Part shown: piece after piece, positions 26,729 through 35,059 of the stretch | Layout: every line of letters starts with the position of its first letter | How positions within the stretch are numbered: position 1 is the first letter of the stretch | NCBI GenBank assembly: GCA_964548515.1 | Contig: CAZJSF010000003.1 | Coordinates: 1 to 37,568, forward strand | Source of the DNA: an uncultured Thermodesulfobacteriota bacterium | GTDB lineage: Bacteria; Desulfobacterota; Deferrisomatia; Deferrisomatales; JACRMM01 | DNA length: 37,568 bases | Direction of reading: 5' to 3' | The notes under the pieces: model-generated | What the model saw: only the letters and a program-made list of their open reading frames with translations | Told to the model about the DNA's origin: nothing | The model's database searches: none | Made by a program: the position numbers and the translations under genes

Positions 26729-26770
26729 AAATATGCCATACGAAAATATGGCTCACGATATGGGCCATGA
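26729..26770 (-). promoter_or_regulatory. AT-rich promoter/operator candidate for brnTA, with inverted and direct ATATG(G/C)C repeats
   Basis: GCCATA (26735-26740)-N6-TATGGC (26747-26752) inverted repeat. Three ATATG(C/G)(C/G) copies at 26731, 26746 and 26758. Lies 25-65 nt upstream of the brnT ATG (26703). Confidence 0.35.
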
Positions 26771-27258
26771 TCATGCTTCCTGAATCGAACGGCCCGCGCA
26801 CCGGGCTGGTCGGAAGCGTGGCCCCTCCCGATGCGCCCCTTCTCGGGAGATACACGCGTGCAAAGTTTCCCGCAAGACCTTTGGGAATGGACTGGGTCGT
26901 CGCCCTACCCGGCTTTGCGCCGGCACGGCACTGGGCGGGCGTCACCCGCTCGGCGATTCGATGTCAACGGCACCCGGGGCGAGGCTCTGGGCCCGTCCGA
27001 CCCGGCGACCGGCATCGGCTGCCGGTCGTGCCTCCACGGCCGGCACCTGGCCACGGCCCCGCTAGAGCGACCCGGCCTCCTGCCTCACCCCGGAGTTGGC
27101 CCGTGCTCGGGGCTTTCGCTCCTTCGCGGGCCTTGGCACGCGGCATGCTCAGGACTACGGGCAACCGATCCTCTCGGCCCGGCTCCGGCGGGCGCGCGGT
27201 CGGACGCGTTCCCTGGGGAGGCACCCAGACCACCGGGGCCTCCTGGAAAGGCGGCGTC

Positions 27259-29184
27259 ATGAACGGCACCTGGAAGGCGTGGCTCCTCGGCGGGTTGGCG
27301 GTGCTCGGGTCCTCCTGCGGCGGAGGCGGCGGCGATGCGCCCCAGCCCCCACCGCCCCCGCCCCCCGACCTCTCCGGCGTCTGGGCCGGCACCTGGGAAG
27401 GGTTCGACCCGGCCTTCGGCCGGGTCACCGGGTCGTGGGAGGTGGAAGCCTCCCAGGACGCCTCCGGCGTGGTCGGGACGGCGTTCCTGAGCGGGGACGT
27501 GGACTGCGCCGAGGGGGATCTGAGCGGAGCGGTGCCCTCCGGGGCCGCGCCGGGAGGAACGTTGACCCGCGACCCATGCCCCTCCAACGAGTGGACGCTG
27601 ACGGCCCTCGACCTTGCGACCCGGAGCGCGAGCGGGACCTGGACCAAGCCGGAGACCGGCGGCGCGGGCTCCTTCACCGGCACCCAGGTCGCCACCCCCG
27701 GCGGGCCGCGGATCGCCTTCTTCCACCCGCCGGGGGGAAGACCCGGCGCGATCGTGACCCTCGTGGGTTCCGGCCTCGGCGCGGCTACTGCCGCGGACCT
27801 CCTCTTCGACGACGCCGCGGCCGACGCGCTCCTCCTCTCCCGCGGCGACCGGGTCGTCACGACCGTGCCCGCCGGCGCCGCCACGGGCCGACTCTTCCTC
27901 AGCACCCTCGCCGGCACGGCGATCAGCCCGAGGGACTTCCGGGTCGAGGTCTCCCACCCCGTCCCGGTCCCGGGGACCGACATCTTCGTCGGGGCCTTCC
28001 AGGAGGGGGTGGCCGCGAGCCCGGACGGCCGGAGAGTCTACATCGCCGCCGGCGACACCGGGGTGGGGTCCCCATCGGTCGTCATGGTGGACACCGCCTC
28101 CCTGCAGAGGATCACGGCGACGCCCCTGTCCGGCGCGGCCGTGCAGGGCATCGCGGTGAGCCCGGACGGCAGGCGGTTGTACGCGGCCATGGGTCCGACG
28201 GGGGTCGCGGTGCTCCACGGCGTTTCCGCCGCGCTCCTGGAAGTCCTCCCGATCCCCGCAGGCGACGGGAAGCGCGCCAACCCCCAGGGGATCGCCGTCA
28301 GCCCGGACGGCTCCCTGCTCTACGTGGCGGACTGCCGGGACGGAGGAGCGGTCACGGTCTGGGACCTCCCGGGCCGCGGCGCCGTGGCGACGATCCCGTC
28401 CGACCCGGGTGTCTTCCCCACCGGAATCGCTCCCGCGCCCGCGGGCGACCGGGCCTACGTCGCCCTGGCGTCGGACTCCGGCCCCGGGGAGATCGCCGTG
28501 TACGACGTCGGTACCCGAGCGGTATCCGGCCGCCTGGCCGCCGGGAACCAGCCCCTGGGGGTCGCCGTCACCCCCGACGGCGCGAAACTGGTCGTGGCCC
28601 ACGAGTCCGACAACTCGGTCGTCCTCTTCGACACCGCGAGCGGGCAACCCGCCGCCGCGGTGGCGGTGGGCACCCTGCCCTCGGGGGTGGCGGTGAGCCC
28701 GGACGGACGGTTCGCCTACGCGGCCAATCGCGGCGGGCAGACCGTCAGCGTCGTGGACCTGGAGACCGCCCAGGCGGCGGCGACGGTGCCCGTGCTCTCG
28801 GGGCCGGTGGCCGTCGCCGTCAGCCCGGACGGGCTGCGGGCGTACGTCGCCCACCGTGACTTCGGCCTGGCGAGCCAGATCGGAGAGGCCCCGGTGCTCA
28901 CGATCGCGAAGGGGGGAACGGGGATCGGGACGGTCACGTCCTCCCCCGCCGGCATCGACTGCGGGGCCACCTGCAGCGCGGGCTTCGCGCCCGGCACGGC
29001 GGTGACCCTGATCGCCTCGCCCTACAGCGGATCGACGTTCTCCGGGTGGGGAGGAGACCCCGACTGCGCCGACGGCGTGGTGACGGTCACGGCGAGCGGG
29101 ACGTGCGTGGCCACCTTCACGGCCACCGCGACGGGCGGGGGGAGCGGGGGAAGCGGTTGCTTCGTGGCGGCGTGCGCCCGCTGA
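27259..29184 (+). CDS. Large secreted or lipid-anchored protein: N-terminal unknown domain, IPT/TIG domain, YVTN-type beta-propeller repeats, InlB-B-repeat-like Cys domain
   Basis: Start at ATG 27259 inside track ORF 26620..29184. Signal peptide MNGTWKAWLLGGLAVLGSSC (lipobox-like) followed by a poly-Pro linker. At least 6 repeats of the type GIAVSPDG(R/S)xLYVA. C-terminal GTGIGTVTSSPAGIDCGATCSAGFAPGTAVTLIASPYSGSTFSGWGGDPDC. 641 aa. Confidence 0.85.
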   Translation: MNGTWKAWLLGGLAVLGSSCGGGGGDAPQPPPPPPPDLSGVWAGTWEGFDPAFGRVTGSWEVEASQDASGVVGTAFLSGDVDCAEGDLSGAVPSGAAPGGTLTRDPCPSNEWTLTALDLATRSASGTWTKPETGGAGSFTGTQVATPGGPRIAFFHPPGGRPGAIVTLVGSGLGAATAADLLFDDAAADALLLSRGDRVVTTVPAGAATGRLFLSTLAGTAISPRDFRVEVSHPVPVPGTDIFVGAFQEGVAASPDGRRVYIAAGDTGVGSPSVVMVDTASLQRITATPLSGAAVQGIAVSPDGRRLYAAMGPTGVAVLHGVSAALLEVLPIPAGDGKRANPQGIAVSPDGSLLYVADCRDGGAVTVWDLPGRGAVATIPSDPGVFPTGIAPAPAGDRAYVALASDSGPGEIAVYDVGTRAVSGRLAAGNQPLGVAVTPDGAKLVVAHESDNSVVLFDTASGQPAAAVAVGTLPSGVAVSPDGRFAYAANRGGQTVSVVDLETAQAAATVPVLSGPVAVAVSPDGLRAYVAHRDFGLASQIGEAPVLTIAKGGTGIGTVTSSPAGIDCGATCSAGFAPGTAVTLIASPYSGSTFSGWGGDPDCADGVVTVTASGTCVATFTATATGGGSGGSGCFVAACAR

Positions 29185-29187
29185 AGC

Positions 29188-30144
29188 CTACGGGGGACAG
29201 TCGGCGCACACGGACCGGAAGAGGGTCGTGCTCAGGTAGCGGTCCCCGCGGTCGGGGAGCAGCACCACCACCGTGCCCGACGCCATCTCCCCGGCGACCC
29301 GCAGGGCCCCGGCGACGGCGGCCCCGCTGGACATGCCCACGAAGAGACCTTCGCGCAGGGCCAGGACCCGCGCGGTCTCGAAGGCCTCCTCGTCCTGGAC
29401 CACGACCTTCTCGTCCAGGCGTGCCGGCTCGTAGATCTCCGGGACGATTGCCTCCTGCATGTTCTTGAGGCCCTGGATCGCGTGCCCGATGGGGGGCTCC
29501 ACCCCGACGATCCGCACCCCCGGCTTCTTCTCCCGGAGGTACCGGCCCGCGCCCATCAGGGTGCCGGTCGTGCCCATGCCCGCCACGAAGGCGTCCACCT
29601 CGCCGTCGGTCTGGCACAGGACCTCGGGGCCGGTGGTCTCGTAGTGGGCGAGCACGTTGGCCGGGTTCGCGTACTGGTTGGGCATGTAGTACCGGTCGGG
29701 CTCCGCCTCCAGGATCTGGTGGGCCTTCATGATGGCGCCGTCGGTTCCCTGGCACCCGGCGGAGAGCGTGAGCTCCGCCCCCAGGGCCTCGAGCACCCTC
29801 CTCCGCTCCAGGCTCACGCACTCCGGCATGACGAGGCGGATGCGGTAGCCCTTCACCGCGGCGATCATGGCCAACGCGATCCCCGTGTTCCCCGAGGTGG
29901 GCTCCAGGATGACCCGGTCGGGCGAGAGCTCGCCGGACTCCTCGGCCCTGGCGATCATGTAGTGGGCCGGCCGGTCCTTCACCGAGCCCCCCGGGTTGCA
30001 GCCCTCGAGCTTCGCGAGGATGCGCACCCGGGGATTCCCGCCCAGCCGCGTCAGTTCCGTGACCGGCGTGTTCCCGATGGCGGCCAGCACCCCGGGGTTC
30101 TCGTCGCGCCGGATGAACCTCTGGTCGATGCGAAGGGGCTCCAT
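29188..30144 (-). CDS. Cysteine synthase (CysK/CysM family, PLP-dependent)
   Basis: 318 aa. IGNTP...L, LEGCNPGGSVKDRPA (PLP Lys), EPTSGNTGIALA, GMGTTGT motifs. Confidence 0.93.
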   Translation of the reverse strand: MEPLRIDQRFIRRDENPGVLAAIGNTPVTELTRLGGNPRVRILAKLEGCNPGGSVKDRPAHYMIARAEESGELSPDRVILEPTSGNTGIALAMIAAVKGYRIRLVMPECVSLERRRVLEALGAELTLSAGCQGTDGAIMKAHQILEAEPDRYYMPNQYANPANVLAHYETTGPEVLCQTDGEVDAFVAGMGTTGTLMGAGRYLREKKPGVRIVGVEPPIGHAIQGLKNMQEAIVPEIYEPARLDEKVVVQDEEAFETARVLALREGLFVGMSSGAAVAGALRVAGEMASGTVVVLLPDRGDRYLSTTLFRSVCADCPP

Positions 30145-30171
30145 GGATTCATACCTCCGGCCGAAAGGGCC

Positions 30172-31074
30172 TCAGATGTAGCACTCCGCCCTCTCCTCCG
30201 GAACCAGGAGGACGGGGATGGAGGCGCCCTCGGCCACACGATGGGAGGCGCTTCCCACCACCAGCTCCTTCACCCCGTGCTTGCCCCGGGTCCCCATGAC
30301 GATGAGCGTGGAGTGGCGGTCGGCGGCGGCCTGCAGCACCTCCTGGGCGATGGAACCGGCCAGCAGGTGGGACTCCGTCTCCAGCCCCGCCGCCGAGAGC
30401 TCGTCGCAGATGGCTCCGAGTTCGCGGCGGCACTCGGCCTCCTCGCTCCGGGTCTCCTCCTCCGACCGGCGCCGCAGGTCCCTCTCGGCGATCACGTGGA
30501 CCACGTCCGCCCGCTTCGCCACGCCCGCCAGCCGCTTCACGAACGCGGCCGCGTGGGCCGCGGTCTCCGAGAAGTCGGTCGCGAAGAGCACCCTCTCGTA
30601 GGCGCTGGTACCGGGGACCTCACAGACGGCCTCGGCCGGGGGGTGCTTGCACACGAGCACCGGGATCGCGCTCCGCCGGATCACGCCCATGCTCGTGCCC
30701 CCCAGGTAGATCGCGTCGGCCGGGACGTGGCGCTGCCGCCCGGTGATGATCAGGTCCACCTGCTCGTCGCAGCTCACCTCGAGGATCTTCCCCTCGGGCT
30801 TCCCGATCTCCACCCGGTGGCGGGCGCCGATCCCCTGCTTCGCGAGATCCTTCTCCCAGTCCTCGAAGTGGAGCCGGGCCTCCTCCCGCATCTGGTTGGC
30901 GAGCTTCTTGTCGAATCCGCGGAACAGGTCGAACCCCACCTCCTCCCGGTCGATCACGAAGAGGAAGACGATCTCCTCCAGTCCGACGCCCCGGAGGGGG
31001 TAGAGCCGCTCCACGCAGCCGAAGGAGAGGTCCTCGAACTTGGTCGGGAACAGGATCTTCCGGATGGGCTTCAT
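30172..31074 (-). CDS. Tandem universal stress protein (2x UspA domain)
   Basis: 300 aa. Two halves, each ending in a USP ATP-binding-type motif (DLIITGRQ...GGTSMGVIRRSAIPVLV and LIVMGTRG...VGSASHRVAEGASIPVLLV). Confidence 0.85.
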   Translation of the reverse strand: MKPIRKILFPTKFEDLSFGCVERLYPLRGVGLEEIVFLFVIDREEVGFDLFRGFDKKLANQMREEARLHFEDWEKDLAKQGIGARHRVEIGKPEGKILEVSCDEQVDLIITGRQRHVPADAIYLGGTSMGVIRRSAIPVLVCKHPPAEAVCEVPGTSAYERVLFATDFSETAAHAAAFVKRLAGVAKRADVVHVIAERDLRRRSEEETRSEEAECRRELGAICDELSAAGLETESHLLAGSIAQEVLQAAADRHSTLIVMGTRGKHGVKELVVGSASHRVAEGASIPVLLVPEERAECYI

Positions 31075-31099
31075 GGACGCACCCCTTTCGAGGCCTTCT

Positions 31100-32536
31100 C
31101 TAGAGGAAGAACACCGCGGTCACCACGAGGAACGCGGGGATCAGGATGGTGGCCGAGTACTTGAGAATATACCCGAAGAAACTGGGCATTTCGACGCCCG
31201 TCTCCTCGGCGATGGACCGCACCATGAAGTTGGGCGCGTTGCCGATGTAGCTGTTGGCCCCCATGAACACGGCCCCGGCCGCGATGGCCTCGAGGTAGAT
31301 CTCGTTGTTCGCGATCAGGGCGTGGATGGCGTCGCGTTCGGCCACGCCCGGGCTGAAGTTGCCGAGCGCGGTGTTGAGGAACACGAGGTAGGTGGGCGCG
31401 TTGTCGAGGAAGCTCGAGAGGATGCCCGTCACCCAGAAGTAGTGGAGGGGCTCCTTGACCGCCCGGATGATGAACGCCAGGTGGCCCTCCGTGCCCGCCT
31501 TGAGGATGTCGAGCACCGGGATCATGGTCACGAAGATCCCGGCGAAGAGGTAGGCCACCTCCTGGATGGGGAACCAGGTGAACTCGTTTCGCTCACGGAT
31601 CGACGGCCGCGTGGTCCGCAGCGAGAGGACGCCCATCAGGATCAGGATGCCGTCCCTCAGGAGGTCGGCCACGGGACGGTGCACCCCCAGGATGAGCACC
31701 TCCCCGATGTGCAGGAGCCCGCTCATCAGCACCGAGGCGACGATGCCCCCGAGGAACACCAGGTTGTGGAGCCCCTCGACCTTGAGCTTCGAGCCGTCGG
31801 ACTCGGGCGGTGTTCCCTCCTCCTTGCGGTGGAAATAGGTGTCGATGCCGAAGAACAGGGCCAGGAGGAGCAGGGAGACCAGCAGCATGGGCTTGAAGAG
31901 CTTCATGGTCCAGAAGAACGGCACCCCGTGGAGGAAGCCCAGGAAGAGCGGGGGATCGCCCAGGGGCGTCAGGGAGCCGCCGACGTTGCACACGAGGAAG
32001 ATGAAGAACACCACCTGGTAGGTGCGCTTCTTCCGCCAGGCGTTGGCCCGCAGGAAGGGCCGGATCAGCAGCATGGCCGCGCCGGTGGTGCCCACCCAGG
32101 AGGCGATCACCGTGCCGAACAGGAGCATCCCGGTGTTCACCAGCGGGGAGCCCGCGAAGCTGCCGCTCACCAGGATCCCCCCGGCCACCGTGTAGAGCGC
32201 CCAGAGCAGGATGATGAAGGGCACGTAGTCGGCCAGGTAGATGTGGATGATCTCCAGCATCGCCTCGCCGCCGTACATCAGCAGGAAGGGGACCGCCAGG
32301 GAGAGCCCCCAGAAAGCCGAGATCTTGCCGAAGTGGTGGTGCCAGAACCGCGGCGCCACAAGCGGGAACAGGGCGATCGACAGCAGGATGCCGACGAAGG
32401 GGATCCCCAGGTACAGGGGCAGCACCGCCCCGAGCCCTCCGGCGTGCTCTCCGCCCCCGGACGCCAGGGCAGCGGCGGGGCCCAGGACCAGGGCAGCCAG
32501 GGCCAACGCCGAAACCTGCGGGACACGTCGACTCAT
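31100..32536 (-). CDS. ArsB/NhaD-superfamily permease (putative Na+/H+ antiporter)
   Basis: Start at ATG 32536 (GGAGGAGG SD adjacent), inside track ORF 31100..32596. About 11-12 hydrophobic segments. GGSLTPLGDPPLFLGF motif typical of this transporter group. 478 aa. Confidence 0.8.
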   Translation of the reverse strand: MSRRVPQVSALALAALVLGPAAALASGGGEHAGGLGAVLPLYLGIPFVGILLSIALFPLVAPRFWHHHFGKISAFWGLSLAVPFLLMYGGEAMLEIIHIYLADYVPFIILLWALYTVAGGILVSGSFAGSPLVNTGMLLFGTVIASWVGTTGAAMLLIRPFLRANAWRKKRTYQVVFFIFLVCNVGGSLTPLGDPPLFLGFLHGVPFFWTMKLFKPMLLVSLLLLALFFGIDTYFHRKEEGTPPESDGSKLKVEGLHNLVFLGGIVASVLMSGLLHIGEVLILGVHRPVADLLRDGILILMGVLSLRTTRPSIRERNEFTWFPIQEVAYLFAGIFVTMIPVLDILKAGTEGHLAFIIRAVKEPLHYFWVTGILSSFLDNAPTYLVFLNTALGNFSPGVAERDAIHALIANNEIYLEAIAAGAVFMGANSYIGNAPNFMVRSIAEETGVEMPSFFGYILKYSATILIPAFLVVTAVFFL

Positions 32537-32576
32537 GACTCCTCCTCCGTCGATGCGCGCGGGGAGCGGCCCCGCC

Positions 32577-33782
32577 TCAGAACAGGGCGTCGACAAACGC
32601 CCGGGCGTCGAAGGGCCGCAGGTCCTCCACGCCCTCGCCGATCCCGATGTACTTCACGGGGATGCCCAACTCGTGGCAGATGGCCACGATCACGCCGCCC
32701 TTGGCGGTGCCGTCGAGCTTCGTCAGCGCGATGGAGTCCACCCCCGTGGCGTCGCGGAACGTCCGCGCCTGGCTGACCGCGTTCTGCCCGGTGGTGGCGT
32801 CGAGCACCAGGAGCACCTCGTGGGGAGCTCCCGGAAGCGCCTTGTCCAGGACCCGCCGGACCTTCTTCAGCTCCTCCATGAGGTTGGCCTTCGTGTGCAG
32901 GCGGCCGGCCGTGTCCACGATGACCAGGTCGGCCCGGCGCGCGCGTGCCGCCTCCACGGCGTCGAACGCCACCGCGGCGGGGTCCGAGCCGTGCTGGTGC
33001 CGGATCACGGTCGCCCCCACCCGGTCGCCCCAGATCGCCAACTGCTCGATCGCGGCGGCCCGGAAGGTGTCGGCGGCGGCGAGCACCACCTTGTGGCCCC
33101 CCGCCCGGAACTGGGCGGCGATCTTCCCGATGGTGGTGGTCTTCCCGACGCCGTTGACCCCCACCACCATGAGGACGTGGGGCCGGTCGGGCCCGAGTTC
33201 CAGGTGCCCCTCGTCGGCGACCAGGATGTCCCGGATCGCCTCCCGCAGGTGCTCGCGCAGGGCCTCCGGGCTCGTCAGTTCCTTCCGGCTGACGCGCTCC
33301 TGGATCTCGCCGATCAGGGCCTCCACCGTGTGGACCCCGAGGTCCGCGGTGATGAGCACCTCCTCGAGCGCCTCCAGGGTCTCGGCGTCGATCTCCTTCC
33401 GTCCGAAGAGGGCCCGGTCGACCTTCCGGACGAACCCCTCCCGGGTCTTCGACAGTCCCGAGCGCAGACGCGCGAACAGGCCCGCCCGGGGCGAGGATTC
33501 GGGCTCCTGGGCCTCCTCCGGGGATACCTCGGCGGCGGCTTCCTCCCCCCCGGCTTCCCCGGCGGGCTCCTCCGGGGACTCGACCGGCGCCGGGGGCCCC
33601 GCCTCGGGTGCCGCCTCCCGCTCGTCCCCCGCGCCCGGCTCCGCCCCGGGGGCCGGCTCGGGGGACTCCTCCGGCTTGCCCTTCCGGAACAGGCGCCCGA
33701 AGAACCCCTTCGCCCTGGCCTTGTCCTCCGAGGTCTTCTCCTCCGACACCGACGGCTTCCTCCCCGGTGGTGCCCGGCTCAC
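32577..33782 (-). CDS. ftsY: Signal recognition particle receptor FtsY
   Basis: 401 aa. Acidic, Pro-rich A-domain, then NG domain with GVNGVGKTTTIGK, DTAGR, TKLDGTAKGG. GTG start overlaps the aroA stop (GTGA at 33779-33782). Confidence 0.95.
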   Translation of the reverse strand: MSRAPPGRKPSVSEEKTSEDKARAKGFFGRLFRKGKPEESPEPAPGAEPGAGDEREAAPEAGPPAPVESPEEPAGEAGGEEAAAEVSPEEAQEPESSPRAGLFARLRSGLSKTREGFVRKVDRALFGRKEIDAETLEALEEVLITADLGVHTVEALIGEIQERVSRKELTSPEALREHLREAIRDILVADEGHLELGPDRPHVLMVVGVNGVGKTTTIGKIAAQFRAGGHKVVLAAADTFRAAAIEQLAIWGDRVGATVIRHQHGSDPAAVAFDAVEAARARRADLVIVDTAGRLHTKANLMEELKKVRRVLDKALPGAPHEVLLVLDATTGQNAVSQARTFRDATGVDSIALTKLDGTAKGGVIVAICHELGIPVKYIGIGEGVEDLRPFDARAFVDALF

Positions 33783-35059
33783 CGGCCCAGCAGTTGCGTC
33801 CAGAACCCGGGGTAGGACACCGACGCGGCCTCGGCGCCGTCCACCGCAGCCCCCCCCGGGATCGCCAGGGACAGGACCCCCATCGCCATGGCGAGGCGGT
33901 GGTCGTCGTGGCTCTCGAACACCGCCGGCCGCAGGGGCGCCCCGCCCGTCACCCGCAACCCGTCGGCCAGGGTCTCCACCGGCACCCCGGCCTTGCGCAG
34001 TTCCCCGGCCACGGCTTCGATCCGGTCCGACTCCTTGTGGCGCAGTTCCTCGGCGCCCCGGACCCAGGTCTCCCCCCGGGCGACCGCGGCCACCGCGGCG
34101 AGCACCGGGAACTCGTCGATGGCGCTCGGGACCTCCGCCGGGGACACCTCCACGCCCTCCAGCGCGCCGTGCTCGACCACGACGTCACCCACCGGCTCGC
34201 CGCAGGCCTCCCCCGTCTCCTCCAGGGAGACCGGCGCCCCCATCCTGCGGAGGATCCGGTAGAACCCCGTGCGCGTGGGGTTGAGGCTCACGCCCCGGAT
34301 CCGCACCCGCGACCCCGGCACCAGCAGCGCCGCCGCCGCCCAGAAGGCCGCCGAGGACGGGTCGCCGGGGACCGCCAGGTCCAGGGCCTTCAGCCGCGCC
34401 GGACCCCGCACCCCGACCCGGAGCCCGTCGCGGACCACCTCGGCCCCCATGGCGGCGAGCATCCGCTCCGTGTGGTCGCGGGAGAGCTCGGGCTCCGTCA
34501 CCCAGGTCACCCCCCGGGCGTGCAGCCCGGCCAGCAGGACCGCGCTCTTCACCTGGGCGCTGGCCACGGGCAGATTCCAGTCGAGGGCGCGGAGGCTCCC
34601 CCCGCGGAGCACCAGGGGCGCACGGGTGTCCTCCGCACGTCCGAGCGCCAGCGCACCCATCTCCCGGAGGGGGTCGAGGATCCGGGCCATGGGCCGGCGG
34701 CGCAGCGACGCGTCCCCCGTGAGGACCGAGAGGAAGCCGTGCCCGGCCAGGACCCCGGCGAGCAGTCGCATGGTGGTGCCGGAGTTCGCGCAGTCGATCA
34801 CCGCGTCGGGCTCCCGAAACCCTCCCAGGCCCCGGCCCGCGACCACCACCGTCCCGCCCTCGTCGCGGACCTCCACCCCCAGCGCCTCCAGGGCGCGCCG
34901 GGTGGCGGCCACGTCCAGGCCCTCCTGGAGCCCTCGGATGCGGGCCTCCCCTTCCGCCAGAGCCGAGAACAGCAGCGCACGGTGGGAGAGCGACTTGTCG
35001 CCCGGCACGCGCACGTCCCGCACCAGCGACCCGGAGGCGGCCACCGTCAGCGGTGCCAC
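33779..35059 (-). CDS. aroA: 3-phosphoshikimate 1-carboxyvinyltransferase (EPSP synthase)
   Basis: GTG start at 35059 (GGGGAGGAA SD upstream), inside track ORF 33779..35914. VPGDKSLSHRAL, NSGTTMRLL, LRRRPM, DHRLAMA. 426 aa. Overlaps the tyrA 3' end by 13 nt. Confidence 0.95.
   Translation of the reverse strand: MAPLTVAASGSLVRDVRVPGDKSLSHRALLFSALAEGEARIRGLQEGLDVAATRRALEALGVEVRDEGGTVVVAGRGLGGFREPDAVIDCANSGTTMRLLAGVLAGHGFLSVLTGDASLRRRPMARILDPLREMGALALGRAEDTRAPLVLRGGSLRALDWNLPVASAQVKSAVLLAGLHARGVTWVTEPELSRDHTERMLAAMGAEVVRDGLRVGVRGPARLKALDLAVPGDPSSAAFWAAAALLVPGSRVRIRGVSLNPTRTGFYRILRRMGAPVSLEETGEACGEPVGDVVVEHGALEGVEVSPAEVPSAIDEFPVLAAVAAVARGETWVRGAEELRHKESDRIEAVAGELRKAGVPVETLADGLRVTGGAPLRPAVFESHDDHRLAMAMGVLSLAIPGGAAVDGAEAASVSYPGFWTQLLGR

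Larger units (their letters stand above)
25222..26800. other. Low-G+C islet, probably a horizontally acquired insert, carrying brnT-brnA and a secreted unknown
   Basis: Clear compositional break. My counts: 26281-26340 has 25/60 G+C, against 50/60 for 27301-27360 in the flank. No integrase, tRNA or obvious flanking direct repeats found by eye. Confidence 0.6.

Noticed and set aside
26778-26805. tRNA-like T-loop (GAATCGAACGG, i.e. CCGTTCGATTC on the minus strand) at the right edge of the low-G+C islet
   Set aside because: The flanking bases cannot form a 5-bp T-stem, and no acceptor, D or anticodon arms can be drawn. It is not a tRNA or tRNA fragment that I can support.
27085-28854. 589-aa minus-strand and 587-aa plus-strand (alternative frame) ORFs over the surface-protein gene
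   Set aside because: Only the frame starting at 27259 yields a signal peptide and recognisable repeat domains. The others are shadow ORFs.
27950-28860. Periodic repeats that might suggest a CRISPR or DNA tandem array
   Set aside because: The periodicity is at the protein level (YVTN propeller blades, G[IV]AVSPDG...). The DNA copies are divergent, in frame and inside a continuous ORF. There is no repeat-spacer structure.
29160-29260. Frameshift rescue of the surface-protein C-terminus (the +1 frame reads ...AEAYGGQSAHTDRKRVVLR*)
   Set aside because: The alternative frame ends after ~20 codons, lacks the hydrophobic/conserved tail expected of a sorting domain, and lies entirely within the opposite-strand cysteine synthase gene. 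A simple sequencing frameshift does not restore a full domain.
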